From positions 170,748,001 through 170,812,000 of the forward strand of contig NC_082710.1 in assembly GCF_030144855.1 (NCBI RefSeq): a stretch of 64,000 nt of DNA, written 5' to 3'. Position 1 is the first letter of the stretch; every line of letters begins with the position of its first letter. Below, one piece after another: positions 12,630-25,396 of the stretch. The stretch comes from Hypanus sabinus (taxonomy: Eukaryota). Below the pieces are notes generated by a model. It was not told the origin of the DNA. It saw only the letters and a list, made by a program, of their open reading frames with translations, and did not search any database. The position numbers and the translations under genes were made by a program.

Positions 12630-13500
12630 GACCACTGCTCTGTGTGATTTTTATAAATGATTCGGATGAAGAAGTGGGAGGGTGTATCAGTAAACTTGTA
12701 GATAACATAAAGGTTGTGGAGTTGTGAGTAGTGAGGAATGGTGTCAAGGATTACAACAGGACATTGATCGGATGCAGAGCTGGGCTGAGAATGGCACGTG
12801 GAATTCTATCCTGAAAATTGCGAAGTGATTCACTTAGGAAGGCTTAATTTGAAGGCAGAATACAGGGTGAATGGTAGAATTTCTAGCCGTGTAGAGGAAC
12901 AGAGGGATCTTGGAGTCCATGTCCACAGATCCCTGAAAGTTGCCGTGCAAGCTGATTGAGACATGACAAATGCGTATAATGTGTTGGCTTTCATTAGCTG
13001 GGAGAGTGAGTTCAAGAATCATGAAGTAATGTTGCAGCTCTACAAAACCCTTTGTGTTGAGTTGTGTGGAGATGTCAGGGGTAAGTTTTTTTTATGCAGA
13101 GACTGGTGAGTGCGTGGAATGGGCTGCCGGTGACAGTGGTGGAGGTGGACTTGATAGGGTCTTTTAAGAGACTCCTGGATAGGTACATGAAGCTTAGAAA
13201 AATACAGGGCTATGGGTAAACCTAGGTTTTTTCTAAAGTAAGTACATGTTCGGCACAGCATTGTGGGTTGAAGTGCCTGTATTATGCGATAGGTTTTCTA
13301 TGTTTCTTCTGAGTTCTCATCACGTCATTATTTACCACAGTGCTGCCTGGATGGGAGAGGATAGGCTGAGTGAGCCAGGGCTTTCCTCTTTAGAGCAAAG
13401 GAGGATAAAGGTGAATTGATAGAGGAGTACAGAATGATAAGAGGCAGAGATCAAGTGGACTTTTTCCCAAGGCTAATATGAGGAGCCATAATTTTATGGT
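12630..13500 (+). mobile_element. CR1 RT/3' fragments
   Basis: RT C-terminal motifs (agtaaacttgtagataacataaagg..caggacattgatcggatgcag..tgaagtgattcactt). Confidence 0.7.
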
Positions 13501-13631
13501 GTTTGGAGGAAAGTATAGGGGAATATCAGAAGTAAATTCTTTACACAGTGAGGGTAGGTGCCTGTAGAAAGCAGAGAATAGTTGTAGATCTGCCAGTGTT
13601 TGCATTAATATGCACATAATTAATTTTACAG

Positions 13632-13672
13632 CTGATCTAACTTCACCCCAGTTGGATGAAGGACCTGGGATG
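13632..13672 (+). CDS. Gene 1 cytoplasmic exon c3 (41 nt, (A)DLTSPQLDEGPGM)
   Basis: Acceptor taattttacag, donor atg|gtaagt. Open only in the phase-1 frame, which is the frame the upstream exon chain delivers. Confidence 0.7.
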
Positions 13673-15769
13673 GTAAGTCGGAAAGAAAAATAAAAACCCG
13701 CAGATGCTGGAAATCTGAAATAAAATCCGAGAATTCAGCAGGTTAAACAGTATCTTCAGAATATCAAACAGAGTTAAGGTTCTGGTATAGTGGGTTTTGA
13801 ACAGAACTGGGCAAAATTGAAAATATAGTTTAGATTGGATTGCTGTGAGGAGGGGATGGTAAAGAGAATAAAAGAGTGGAGAGCGAGAGAGACTGGATGA
13901 CATAAGTGGGGATTGCTCGCAATGAGGGAGGACGTGGATAACTGGTTCATTTTGCTTAGAAAAGTTTCAAGTGCTCATCTCTGTGTTTTTTGAATTTTGT
14001 GAAAGTCTGACTTCACCAGCTCATTTACAAGGAGCATCCACCATCCAGACCATGCTGTCTTCTCACTACTGCCATCAAGCATGAAGTACCAGAGCCTTGG
14101 GTCCCACACTACCAGTTCAGGAACAGTTATTTGCATACAACACGGGTTCCCAATCTTCTGATATGCCATGGACCAATACCATTAGGCAAGGATCCCACAT
14201 TCAAAACCCTGCCCTACAACCACCTGAACCAGTGTGAATAATCTCACTCACCTCAGCACTAAACTGACTCCACAACCAATAGACTAGCTTTCAAGAACTT
14301 TACAACCCAGTATTATTTATTTATTTATTTTTATTCTTTGTCTTCTTTTGCACACTGGTAGTTTGTCAGTCTTTGTTCATCATAGTTTGTCATAAAGTGT
14401 ATTGTACTTCTTTACTTTCCTGTAAATCCTTGCAAGAAAATTATTCTCAAGGGGGGGATAGAGTATATGTTCTTCAATAATAAATGTATTTGAATTCTGA
14501 AGTGATGAGAAAGGAATAAGAGTTCGGGAAGTGGCAGCACCACCGGGACAGGGATGTTATAGAGGCAAGTTGTTCAAAACTCTGACAGCAATGGGGAAGA
14601 AGCTGTTCTAGGAAAATAGAGCATAGAATGTCAAACAGTAGACGACAGGAACCACAAAGTTGTGCTGGACTAATTAAACTAATGGTGTCTAATTATGCTC
14701 CACCCGTACATGGTCACTTCCCTCCATCCTGTCCATTGTGAGTATCTACGATTCTCTTAAACATCTCTGTTGTATCTGTCTTCTCCACCACTACCCCCGG
14801 CAGCACATTCCCAGCACCATCACTCCGTGTGGAAAGAAAAGCTTGCTCTATACACCTCCTATAAACTTTCCCCGTCTCAGCTTAAACATTGAGTCTGGAC
14901 ACCCCGGCTCTCGAGCTGCTGTAGACCATCAGAAATGCTCATTGTAATATCTTATTTCACAACAGGCTCAAGATGGGAATGCCCCTCCATGCCCGGTAAG
15001 ATGCTGTCTTTTTCACTCGGAGTGTTCATAAGAAAACTGATTTGTAATAAAATGTCACTAGTTTCATGTTCTCTACTTCCCGGTTCAAGGTCCGTCCTTG
15101 ATCCAGTCTACACAACCCTATTCACCAACCCATTATGGCAACAGTTTGCAACTATAATGAAGTTTTTCTGGTCTAATTTTGTACTTTCTTGCAAAATTTG
15201 TGTATAATTGATACTTCCTTGATGTTTTCCTTGTGAATGTTATTTATCTGATGTTGTGTGCCTGTGATGCTTCTGCAAGTCCATTTTTCATTGCATTTGT
15301 GCCTATATATGATGATGTTATTGACCCAGTAGAGCTCCTGATCACCGTTATTGACCTGAAATGACCTCTGCCACCTCTATTGACCTAGGGAGGTCTCACT
15401 AACTCCACACAAGGTCCCAGATTATACAATCCATGGATATTATTCCATATCTGATCACTAAACATTCGGTGCTTGAACCAACCTGCACAACCCTAATCAC
15501 CACCTCAGTAAAGCAACGTTGCATTATGATGGACTTTGTATTTGTTCTAATTGGGTTTCTTCTTAAATAATTGGTGCCATCGAGCACTGTAACACAAAAA
15601 ACAGGTTCTTCTAATAATGACAATGGTCTTTGAGTGGTATGGGCTATCAAAGTTTCTGCAAGTAAGTTTTTCATTGCACCTGTACATACTGTACTTGTAC
15701 ATCAAGCAATAAACTTGACTTTGAAATTTTTAAAAACTCTTGATGTCATAGAATCAAACAAGCATTGGG

Positions 15770-16600
15770 CATGATAATGATAATGCATTTTGGTAAAAGC
15801 AACAATAATTCAGACTATTATCTAAATGGGGAGAAATTTCAAACCTCGGAGGTGCAGAGGGACCTAGGGATCCTCATGCAAGACTCCCAGAAGGTTAAAT
15901 TAAAGGTTGTGTCTGTGGTAAAGAAGTTAAATGCAATGTTGGCATTCATTTCAAGGGGAATAAAATATAAAAGCAAGGAGATAATGCTGAGGCTTTAGTC
16001 AGGCCACACTTGGAGTATTGTCAACAGTTGTCAACAGTTTTCAGCCCCTTACCTCAGAAAGGATGTGTTGTCATCGGAGAGGTTCCAGAGGAGTTTCTCA
16101 AGTATTATTCCAGGAATGAAGGGGTTCACATATGCAGAGCATTTGGCGGCTTTGGGCCTGTACTCACTGGAATTTAGAAGCATGCGGGGGTGGGAGGATC
16201 TCACTGAAACCTACCAAATGTTGGAAAGACTAGATAGGGTTTATGTGGAGAGCATGTTTCCTTGGGTGTGTGATTCCGGAACGAGAGGGCACAGCCTCAA
16301 AATTGAGGGGCAACCCTTTAGAACAGAGTAAGGAGAAATTTTTTTTAGGCAGAGAGTAGTGAGTCTGTGGAATGCTCTGGCACAGACTGTGGTGGAGGCC
16401 AAGTCTCTGGGCATATTTAAGGCAGAAGTTGATCATTTCCTGATCAGTCAGGGCATCAAAGGATGTTGCGAGAAGGCTGGTGTGTTGGGTTGAATGAGAT
16501 CCGAAATCAGCCAAGAAGCAATGACACAGCAGACTCGATGGGCTGAATGGCCCAATACCATTTCTATATTTATGGTATTATACTCCTATGACTTATGGTC
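15770..16600 (+). mobile_element. CR1 3' fragment
   Basis: ORFs 15765-15998 (HFGK.N...QRDLGIL..DSQKV..KK.NAMLAFISRGI.YK) and 16065-16331. Confidence 0.8.
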
Positions 16601-16646
16601 TTATGACTTGTGACATGGCTTAATTTTCATTCTTTATGAGTTCCAG

Positions 16647-16681
16647 CCGGAAGTCGAATCGATCCACGAACCAATGCAAAA
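16647..16681 (+). CDS. Gene 1 cytoplasmic exon c4 (35 nt, PEVESIHEPMQ)
   Basis: Acceptor ttccag (an in-frame alternative AG 6 nt upstream adds FQ), donor aaa|gtgagt; phase 0 to 2 bridges c3 and c5. Confidence 0.6.
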
Positions 16682-17789
16682 GTGAGTATGGATCCAGCCA
16701 ATGCTGGATTAGTTGGCTTGCCCCATATGAAGTGTTACCCAGGGTCCAGTGTCACACGCTGTGTGCACGCTTTATTCAGCAGTGAGATGTATCGCCATCC
16801 CAAACTGGCCCACTGCTGAGGAGAGTTCAATACAGTTTGTGGGCTGTCCAGGGAGCAGACTGGAGCAGCAGGATGGAGCAGTGAAGCCTGGTGTCCTGAC
16901 ATCATGGGAGCAGTAGTTGCTATTCAAGTTGATGCATTGTGTAGTGAGATTATGCAGATGGTAGAGCAAAATTGTAGTCAGTGGGATGGGTTGCAGTGTA
17001 ACATGGGGTCAAAGTCAAGAAGGGTAATGAATACAGGACTGAGATGTTATATTTCAGTAGGTTCAATGGGTACATTTGATGTCAGAGAAATGTATACAAT
17101 ATACATCATGAAAAGCCTTTTCTTCGCAAACATCCACGAAAACAGAGGAGTTTCTCAAAAGAATGAATGACAGTTAAACGTTAGAACCCCAGAGTCCGCC
17201 CAGCTCCCCCTCCCACACACAGTCAGCAGCAAGACAATGATTCCTCCCTCCCCCCCAGTAAAAATCATCAGCACTCAAGCATACAGCAAAGCAACAATAA
17301 AGACACCGACTCCAAAGACTACTCATTCACCCGGTAATCCAACATACCTCAGGCTCTCTCTTGCCCTAATAAGGGAAAAAAGGTGTGCCTGTTTCACAAT
17401 GAGAGGGGAGTTGTAACAAACAACTCACTGATAATTGGGTTTTAAAAGTCTGTTGTGTCCGTTTTTTACTGAGCTCTCTGCCCAAAGAACTCAGGTCTTG
17501 GGCACACAGTCAGCAGCTAGCCCGCTGCTCCCGATGTTCCCTGTTCTCCTGCAACGCCTCAGGGTCAGGGACACTGACCTTGAATCAACCCATCTCCAGA
17601 GCCAGGAAAATCCGGCACCCTGAAGAAGCACTAGTCTTCCAGGCTGCGTCCTTGGGATATCAAAAAGCAGCCGGTCGTGAGGCCCTGAGAGAGGGTCCCA
17701 TCCCCATAAAGAACCAAAGTCAGTGTGTAACTCCCAGTCAGGGTCTTCAAAAGAACTTTTAAAGCAAAAAAGATGGAAATAGAGCCATC

Positions 17790-18900
17790 AGAATTTATGG
17801 GGTTGTGGCCAAGTCTGCAGATGATACAATGACAGATGGAGGGACAGGTAGTGTTGAGGAAGCAAGGGCTCTGACAGATTGGGAAAATGGATAAAGGAGC
17901 AGGTGGAATATGGTGTAATGAAGTGTATGCTCATGAACTTTGGTAGAAGAAATAAAGGCATAGTCTATTTTCTAAATGGGGATAAAATTCAAAAATTAGA
18001 GGTGCAACTTGTGCAGGATTCCCAAAGATGGACTTACAGATTGAGTCAATGAAGGCAAGTGCAATGTTAGCATTCATTTTAAGAGGATTTGAATAAAAAA
18101 GCAAGGTTGTGATGCTGAGGCTTTATAAGGCATTGGTCAGACTGCACTGGAGTATTGGGAGCAGTTCTGGGCCCCATGTCTAAGAAAAGATGTTTTGGCA
18201 CTGGATAGAGTCCAGAGGAGGTTCAAGAGAATGATCCAAAATGAAAAGCTTATGGTTTGAGGAGCATTTGATAGCCCTGAGCCTGTACTCCCTGGAACTT
18301 AGAACAATGAAGGGGAATCTCATTGAACCCTTTAGAATTGTGAGGGATAGCGATAGGATGATTGTAAGCAGGCTTTGCTCCATTGAGGTTGGGTGGGATT
18401 ATAACCATTTGTCATGGCTTAAGGGTCAAAGGTGAGAAGTTTAAGGGGAACATTGGGATAAAACTTCTTCACTCAGAGGGTCATGAGAGTGTGGAATGAG
18501 CTGCCAGTGCAAGTGCTCCACACAAGGTCGATTTCAAGGTTTAAGAGAAGTTTGGACATGAATAGTAGGAATCTGGAGGACTATAGTCCCAGTGCAGGTT
18601 GATGGGAATCGGCAGTTTAAATGGTTTTGGGCATGGACTAGATGGCCGAAGGGTCACTGTCTGTGCTGTACATCCCTATAGCTCTTTGAATATTGAAAGG
18701 CCTAGCCAGAGAGGATTGTTCCCACAGTGGTGGAATCTGGGACCAGAGCACACAGCCTCAGAATAGAGGGACGTATATTTAGAACAGAGTTGATTAGAAA
18801 TTTCTTGAGCCAGGGGATGATGAATCTGCTGAATTCATTGCCACGGGCGGCTGCAGAGGCCAACTCATTGGGTATATTTAAAGCGGAGTTTGATAGTCTT
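17790..18900 (+). mobile_element. CR1 fragments
   Basis: gtttgcagatgatacaa-like RT motif and ORF 18241 (LIALSLYSLELR.M.GNLIE). Confidence 0.7.
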
Positions 18901-19169
18901 TTGGTTAGTCAGGCTGTGAAACACCTGACCCAAGGCTGCTGCAGACAGATTACACTGGGCCTGTGTACATTTCTGACTCCAGGCCCCTCTCTTCTCCCTG
19001 ATACATTACCCCATTGTCCTTTGGAAATTTGTCTACTCCTCTCTGGGGCATCTCCTGCCCCAGTACTGCTCACAGCAACACAGGTTTATGAAGCAGCACA
19101 TGAACAGGACCACCCTTCCCCTTGCACCTTATCAATGAGTGAACTCCTTCCCCCTCTTTCTCTCCACAG

Positions 19170-19207
19170 CCTGAAGACATTCGGTATCTCAACAGACAAT
19201 GGCATGG
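19170..19207 (+). CDS. Gene 1 cytoplasmic exon c5 (38 nt, (N)LKTFGISTDNGM)
   Basis: Acceptor cccctctttctctccacag, donor tgg|gtaagt; phase 2 to 1. Confidence 0.7.
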
Positions 19208-19309
19208 GTAAGTAACTCCCCTTGAGCGTGGCTGACGCAAAAACGGCTGCAACCTCTGAACTCCCTGACACCCCACTCTCTCCTCACCTCAGCAGGCCAG
19301 CTGCCCCAT

Positions 19310-19690
19310 CAGTCCTAGCTGTCAGCATCACCAACAGCCTGTCCTGGTCCGTCCACATTGATGCCACGGCCAGGAAAGTTCACCAACACCTCTACTGCCC
19401 CAGGAAGTATCACGGCTTGGTAGGCAACTGCTCTGCCCAAGACCACAATGAAATGCACAGCTCAGCACATCATGGGAACCGGCCTCACCTCCACACACTC
19501 TGCATTTCTCGCTGACCTGGCAAAGACCCCCGTCCACCCCGGTCACTGGCACTTGTTGCCCATCCCATTGGGCAGAAGGTACAAACTTCTCAAAGACCGT
19601 ACCACCAGGATTCAGGACAGCTTCTACCCCGCTGTTATCAGAGTATTGAACCATTCACTTGTACGATCAGATGGAGTCTTGACCTCACAG
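19310..19690 (+). mobile_element. Rex1/Babar-type LINE 3' fragment
   Basis: SITNSLSWSVHIDATARKVHQHLY and HPGH..L.P.GRRY.LL..RTTR.QDSFYPAVIR.LN motifs. Confidence 0.7.
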
Positions 19691-20012
19691 TCCACCTCCT
19701 CATGTCTCACAATCCACCTCCTCATGTCTCACAATCCACCTCCTCATCTCTCACAATCCACCTCCTCATCTCTCACAATCCACCTCCTCATGTCTCACAG
19801 TCCACCTCCTCATGTCTCACAATCCACCTCCTCATCTCTCACAATCCACCTCCTCATCTCTCACAATCCACCTCCTCATGTCTCACAGTCCACCTCCTCA
19901 TCTCTCACAATCCACCTCCTCATGTCTCACAGTCCACCTCCTCATGTCTCACAGTCCACCTCCTCATCTCTCACAGTCCACCTCCTCATGTCTCACAATC
20001 CACCTCCTCATG
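19686..20012 (+). repeat. 22-bp minisatellite, about 15 copies, (tctcacaatccacctcctcatg)n
   Basis: Directly visible tandem units with a/g and c/g variants. Confidence 0.95.
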
Positions 20013-20402
20013 TCCTTGCACCGCACTTTCCCTGTAAATACAACACTACATTCGGTGCTTTTCCCTTGTGCTATATCGATGCACTGACTTGATGAAATGG
20101 TCTGTGTGATGTCTGTACTTCAGTGCAGTAATAAATAACTTACCAATCTAATAAGCAGACCAGGGTTCAGAATTGTCCTCATACAAGCGGGCACTTTCAA
20201 CTAATGAAATCCGCAATTTATTCACAATGCAGAAACCCATTTCGGCACAGGAATAACACACAAGGGGGTAACAAAAGGAATTAGGAGCAGGAATCGTGTC
20301 CAGTGGCACCTTTCACTCCTCCTTCCCGTGCTCTCCATGTTCCTGCCTGTTGCTTTCAACTGTGGTAAAGGTTCACTGATATTCTCGTATTTGCTCTCAC
20401 AG

Positions 20403-20452
20403 ATGTGAGCACCCAGTGCAGACCAGACAACTCGCCGGTCCCTGATGGAGAG
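20403..20452 (+). CDS. Gene 1 cytoplasmic exon c6 (50 nt, (D)VSTQCRPDNSPVPDGE)
   Basis: Acceptor ttgctctcacag, donor gag|gtaagt; open only in phase 1; ends in phase 0. Confidence 0.75.
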
Positions 20453-22123
20453 GTAAGTACATATATATATTGTTATGTAGTTCATATCCTTGACAAATAG
20501 GAGACTATTCAGCCTTTTCATGTCTGTGCATTCATTTTTCTTGTAAATCTTCACAAAACAATTGTAGCTACCAACTTTTATGCCTCATTCTTGCTTTTCA
20601 AAGAACCTCGAGTCTAAATCTGCAGATGCTGGAAATTCGAGCAACACACCCAAAAGGTTGGAGGAACAATACTTTATATTCCGTTTGGGTTGCCTCCAAC
20701 CTGAAGGCTTCAACATCAATTTCTTGAACTTCCAGTAATGCCTCCCACACCCATCTCCTTCACCATTCCCCTTTCCCATTTCCCTCTCTCACCTTATCTC
20801 CTTGCCTGCCTCCCCCTTTTCTTTCTTCCATGACCTTCTGTCCCTTTCAACAATTTACCTCCCAGCTCTTTACTTCATCCCCTGCCCATTCAGGTTTCAC
20901 CCATCACCTGGTGTTTCTCTCTCCTCTCCCCCCACCTCTTCAATCTACTCCTCAGCTTTCTTTCTCCAGTCCTGCTGAAGGATCTCGGCTCAAATCATCG
21001 ACTGTACTCTTTTCCTAGATGCTGCCTGACCTGCTGAGTTCCTCCAGTGTTTTGTGTGTGAGACCCAACGCCCTGTACCAATAGTAGAGATTGATGTAAT
21101 TTGTTGGGGATTGGAAGAATGTTGTGGAAAATTTGCGGCTGGAACTGAGAGCTGTTGTCACAAAGCTCCTGAACCCAGGGTCAATATGACTTCTTCCCTC
21201 AGAGTGTCATGTGCTTGTGGAACGAGCTGCCAGCGCAAGTGGTGCATGACAGCTCAGTTTCAATGCTTAAGAGAAGTTTGGATAGGTACGTGGAGAGCGG
21301 TGGCATGGATGGCTTTGGTCCAGGTGATGGTCGATGGGACTCGGCAGTTTAAATGGCCAACTAGAATTGGCCCCCTTTATTCCAACCTTAAGCCCTCTTG
21401 CCAATCAGCCAATCTTCAATCCATGTTAGTATCTCTCCGTTATACCATCGGATTTTATCTTGTTAATCAGCCTCACGTGCTGTACTTTTCATCCCACATC
21501 CCAAAACTGAGCAGCTTGATACCTCGATAGGCCGCTGTAAGTTGCCAAGGTGGGCCGTGGAATCCGGGTCTAGGAATGTTGGAGAGAGAATACTGCAGGC
21601 TAGCATTGATCTGGTGGGCTGAACTTCCTTTTGTGACATGATGTGGGTGAACCGTCTGTAAATAACTAACTGGAGACACAAGAGAAGGCAAATGCTGGAA
21701 TCTGGAGTGTCAAACATTCTGCTGGAGGACTCATCGAGTCGAGCAGCCTCTGTGGTGGGGGTGGGGTGTTGGGGGGACATTTCCGGTCCGAACCCTAAAC
21801 ACTGCGCCACAGATCGGAAGTGGAGATGGCTTGTAAAAGAGATGAGGTGTGACAGGGGTAACTGGTAATGGCTGCTGGATAACAGGCAGATAATGCTGGG
21901 CAGCTATGGGAAGGATGGGATATTTGATCGGCGAGCTTGGCAAGATGTTTCAGCTACGATCATGTGGGATATGATTGGTTGTCATATCTCTTGGATCTGG
22001 ATCTGGCAATTAGGGGAGCATCAGGGCAGACGTGGACCCGTTCTAATCTAATCCTTCACTGTATTGCCGTTTTCCATGCTGATTGTGCTCAGATCATTCT
22101 AATCTAATCCTTTTCTCCACAAG

Positions 22124-22221
22124 GTACCCGCTGTACAGAGCATCCAGTACACAGTGATATATCCAAGTTACTCCAAAAACCAAGCTCCTGCCAAGACATC
22201 GGTGGAAGATGGCGATCTGGA
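22124..22221 (+). CDS. Gene 1 cytoplasmic exon c7 carrying the ITIM (VPAVQSIQYTVIYPSYSKNQAPAKTSVEDGDL)
   Basis: Acceptor ctaatccttttctccacaag, donor gga|gtgagt; 98 nt, phase 0 to 2. IQYTVI fits the ITIM consensus (I/V/L/S)xYxx(I/L/V). Confidence 0.8.
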
Positions 22222-22497
22222 GTGAGTTACTTACTTATCTCAGCCTAATTGTGGCTGGATACAGGGTCACTGAGCTATGGGGAATCACAGCACAGAAACA
22301 TGCCCTTCAGCCCAGTATAATACGTGGACTGTGTTGTTTGTGGACGCAGACAACTCATTTCACTGTACAGGGTTCGATGTGCATGTGTCAGGTAAAGATA
22401 ATCTTCAAATCATAGGTGGAAGGATTGGAGAGAAGATTGGGAACAACATTTTCACAGGAGTCCAGAACTCCCTTTGTGAAAGGGCAGGAGACACAGA

Positions 22498-23156
22498 NNN
22501 NNNNNNNNNNNNNNNNNNNNNNNNNNNNNNNNNNNNNNNNNNNNNNNNNNNNNNNNNNNNNNNNNNNNNNNNNNNNNNNNNNNNNNNNNNNNNNNNNNNN
22601 NNNNNNNNNNNNNNNNNNNNNNNNNNNNNNNNNNNNNNNNNNNNNNNNNNNNNNNNNNNNNNNNNNNNNNNNNNNNNNNNNNNNNNNNNNNNNNNNNNNN
22701 NNNNNNNNNNNNNNNNNNNNNNNNNNNNNNNNNNNNNNNNNNNNNNNNNNNNNNNNNNNNNNNNNNNNNNNNNNNNNNNNNNNNNNNNNNNNNNNNNNNN
22801 NNNNNNNNNNNNNNNNNNNNNNNNNNNNNNNNNNNNNNNNNNNNNNNNNNNNNNNNNNNNNNNNNNNNNNNNNNNNNNNNNNNNNNNNNNNNNNNNNNNN
22901 NNNNNNNNNNNNNNNNNNNNNNNNNNNNNNNNNNNNNNNNNNNNNNNNNNNNNNNNNNNNNNNNNNNNNNNNNNNNNNNNNNNNNNNNNNNNNNNNNNNN
23001 NNNNNNNNNNNNNNNNNNNNNNNNNNNNNNNNNNNNNNNNNNNNNNNNNNNNNNNNNNNNNNNNNNNNNNNNNNNNNNNNNNNNNNNNNNNNNNNNNNNN
23101 NNNNNNNNNNNNNNNNNNNNNNNNNNNNNNNNNNNNNNNNNNNNNNNNNNNNNNNN
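22498..23156. other. Assembly gap (659 N) in the gene 1 c7-c8 intron
   Basis: Run of N. Confidence 1.
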
Positions 23157-24308
23157 AATGTACTTCTATATCAACTTGCACCATTCCAGTCCGCTACCAC
23201 TCTGTGTGTTTAAAAAAAACACTTACTCCACAATCTCCTCTGAACTTTCTCTTTCTCACCATAAGTGCATTTCCTCTAATATTTGATGTCTATAATAATC
23301 ATTCAATTATAATATTAATGAAATAATTAAATGATTAAAATAATGATAAAAGATGGATTAATATATAACCAAAAAGAACACCAAATGGTCACTTTGACGT
23401 GGTTGAATTCTGTGAGTGAAAGTCACCCTGGAGTTTATTGTCATGTGCATGGATGCAGTGAAACACTTACTTGCAGCAGCATCGCGTAAACAGAGTAACA
23501 CACAAAATGCTGGAGGAACTCAGCTGGTCAGGCAGCATCTATGGAGGGGAATAAACACTCACTGTTTCAGGCTGAGACCCAACATCGTGTCTGAAAAGGA
23601 AGTTGGGTGGGGTGGGGGGAGAAAGAGAGAAGGAAGAATGAGAAGGTAAAGGTGGTGGGGGTAAGGAATACAAGCTGGCAGGTGATAGGTGAGACCAGGT
23701 GAGAGGGAAGGTGGGTGGCATCTGTCTGTGTTGTGTTGGATTTCCAGCATCTGCAGAATCTCTTGTGTTTATTGTACTAACAGTATTCTCAAGCAAAGCA
23801 TAAATTTTACATATTTTTCATGACTTCACTCGCCTCTTGAATGAGTCTAGTTTTGTTCCTTTCCGTGCAGAACATTGGGGCAGAAACACAGTACTGGGGC
23901 GACAGCACTGCGTGGGTGCCTGTAACAAAATATACCTGAGGTCTGGCTCCAGTGCAGCCAGTGTCACTGTGCGCCGGGTGCAGCATGTAATGGTGGGAGT
24001 AGGGAGATATTGTGGGGCTGCCCCAATGCACCCACTACGAGGTGAATCCTTACAGCCACCACATCCATCTCCGAATAGTGAGGGTTTTCAACAGGAGGAA
24101 GTCGTGTCACGGCGTGTCAGAGTCTCCCCGGGGCATTAAACGGCAGGGCAGGCAAGAGCACTGGCATTGTATAGCTTGGCCTTCTCAGAGCAAAGATGCT
24201 GAGTTTCGTCAAGTAAAAATCTGACGCCAGTCACCACAGGAAGGTAAAATGCCAGCAGCACAGAGTCCTGATCTCATTAACCCCATCTTCCCCCACTTCC
24301 TTTGGCAG

Positions 24309-24343
24309 GAAGGACTACGGCTACAACGAGCTGAACGTGACAG
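24309..24343 (+). CDS. Gene 1 cytoplasmic exon c8 with YxxL motif ((E)KDYGYNELNVT)
   Basis: Acceptor cccccacttcctttggcag, donor cag|gtgagc; 35 nt, phase 2 to 1. Confidence 0.8.
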
Positions 24344-24384
24344 GTGAGCATCAAGAGAAGCAAACCAAAGGGACTCGGGGGGTA

Positions 24385-25100
24385 CAGGGGAACTGGAGTA
24401 AAATAGTGGAGTTAAAATGGGGAATGGGGTAAAATAGTCAGTGAGGTTAAAATGGGGACTGGGATAAAATAGTGGGGATAAAGTGGTGACTGAGGGGTTA
24501 AAATGGATACAGTCATTAAAGTGGAGACTCAGAGGTAAAATGTGAATGGGGGTTCATGGGAACGGGTAAAATAGTGGGATTAAAATGGGAACTGGGGTAA
24601 AATAGTGGGGTTAAATGGGAAATGGGGTAAAATAATCAATGGGGTTTAAATAGGAATGGGTAAAATAATGGGGTTAAATAGTAATGGGGTAAACTAGTCA
24701 GTGGGGTTAAAATGGCAATAGATTTAAAATGGGGACTGAAATCAAATGGGGATAGGAGTAAATATATCAGTGGGGTTAAAATAAGGATGGAGTGGTTAAA
24801 ATGGATACAGTAATTAGAGTGGGGATGGAGGAGTAAAATGAGAATAGAGGTTTTATGGGATCTGGTTAAAATAGGCAGAGGTGTTAAAATGGTGGTTGGA
24901 TTTAGGCTCAATAGTGACTGAGGAGATTATACAAGAATGGGACTAAATGGGTACAGAGGGGGTTAAACAGGAACGGGGCTAAATGGGGACTGATGGGGTT
25001 AAACAGGAACGAGGCTAAACAGAGACTGAGGGGTTTAAAAGGAATGGAGTAAATAGGAACTCGGGGTTAAACAGGAATGGGATAAATGGGCAGTGGGGAT
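24385..25100 (+). repeat. Degenerate G-rich/A-rich tandem repeat (ggggtaaaatagt / ggggttaaaatgg-like) in the c8-c9 intron
   Basis: Dozens of GGG(G)-TAAAAT units; strongly C-depleted on the + strand. Confidence 0.85.
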
Positions 25101-25221
25101 AAAACATCAAAGGATCATCCTCAATCATCTTACTGATCTAGCAAGTGTCCCTCCCTGACATCTGTCAATAAAGTTTACTGATGCTTTAGGTGCCTCATTC
25201 GCTTCTTTCTCTATTTCACAG

Positions 25222-25259
25222 CAAAACGTAGCCTTCAGGCTGAAGGAGACACAAACCAG
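25222..25259 (+). CDS. Gene 1 cytoplasmic exon c9 ((A)KRSLQAEGDTNQ)
   Basis: Acceptor ttctttctctatttcacag, donor cag|gtaaga; 38 nt, phase 1 to 0. Confidence 0.8.
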
Positions 25260-25396
25260 GTAAGAAAGCAAGCATTTGCTGAGGCCAGGGGAAGTGCGGA
25301 GATCCTGGAGAACTTGAGGATCCTGGAGATCCTTGGTTCTTTCCTCCCAGCAGTCAGGCCGCACCACTTAACAGAATTAATTTGTGTTTTCATTAG

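Noticed and set aside
19448-20092. 214-aa ORF with SHNPPPH repeats
   Set aside because: LINE fragment plus a stop-free 22-bp minisatellite.
22277-23326. Long ORFs of 250-350 aa here and at 41894-42748
   Set aside because: Artefacts of translating through N runs.
23837-24243. 100-aa ORF with ASVTVRRVQ..GRYC, vaguely like an Ig E-F strand
   Set aside because: No B-strand Cys or C-strand Trp pattern at the right spacing, and all frames hit stops before the donor at 24244.
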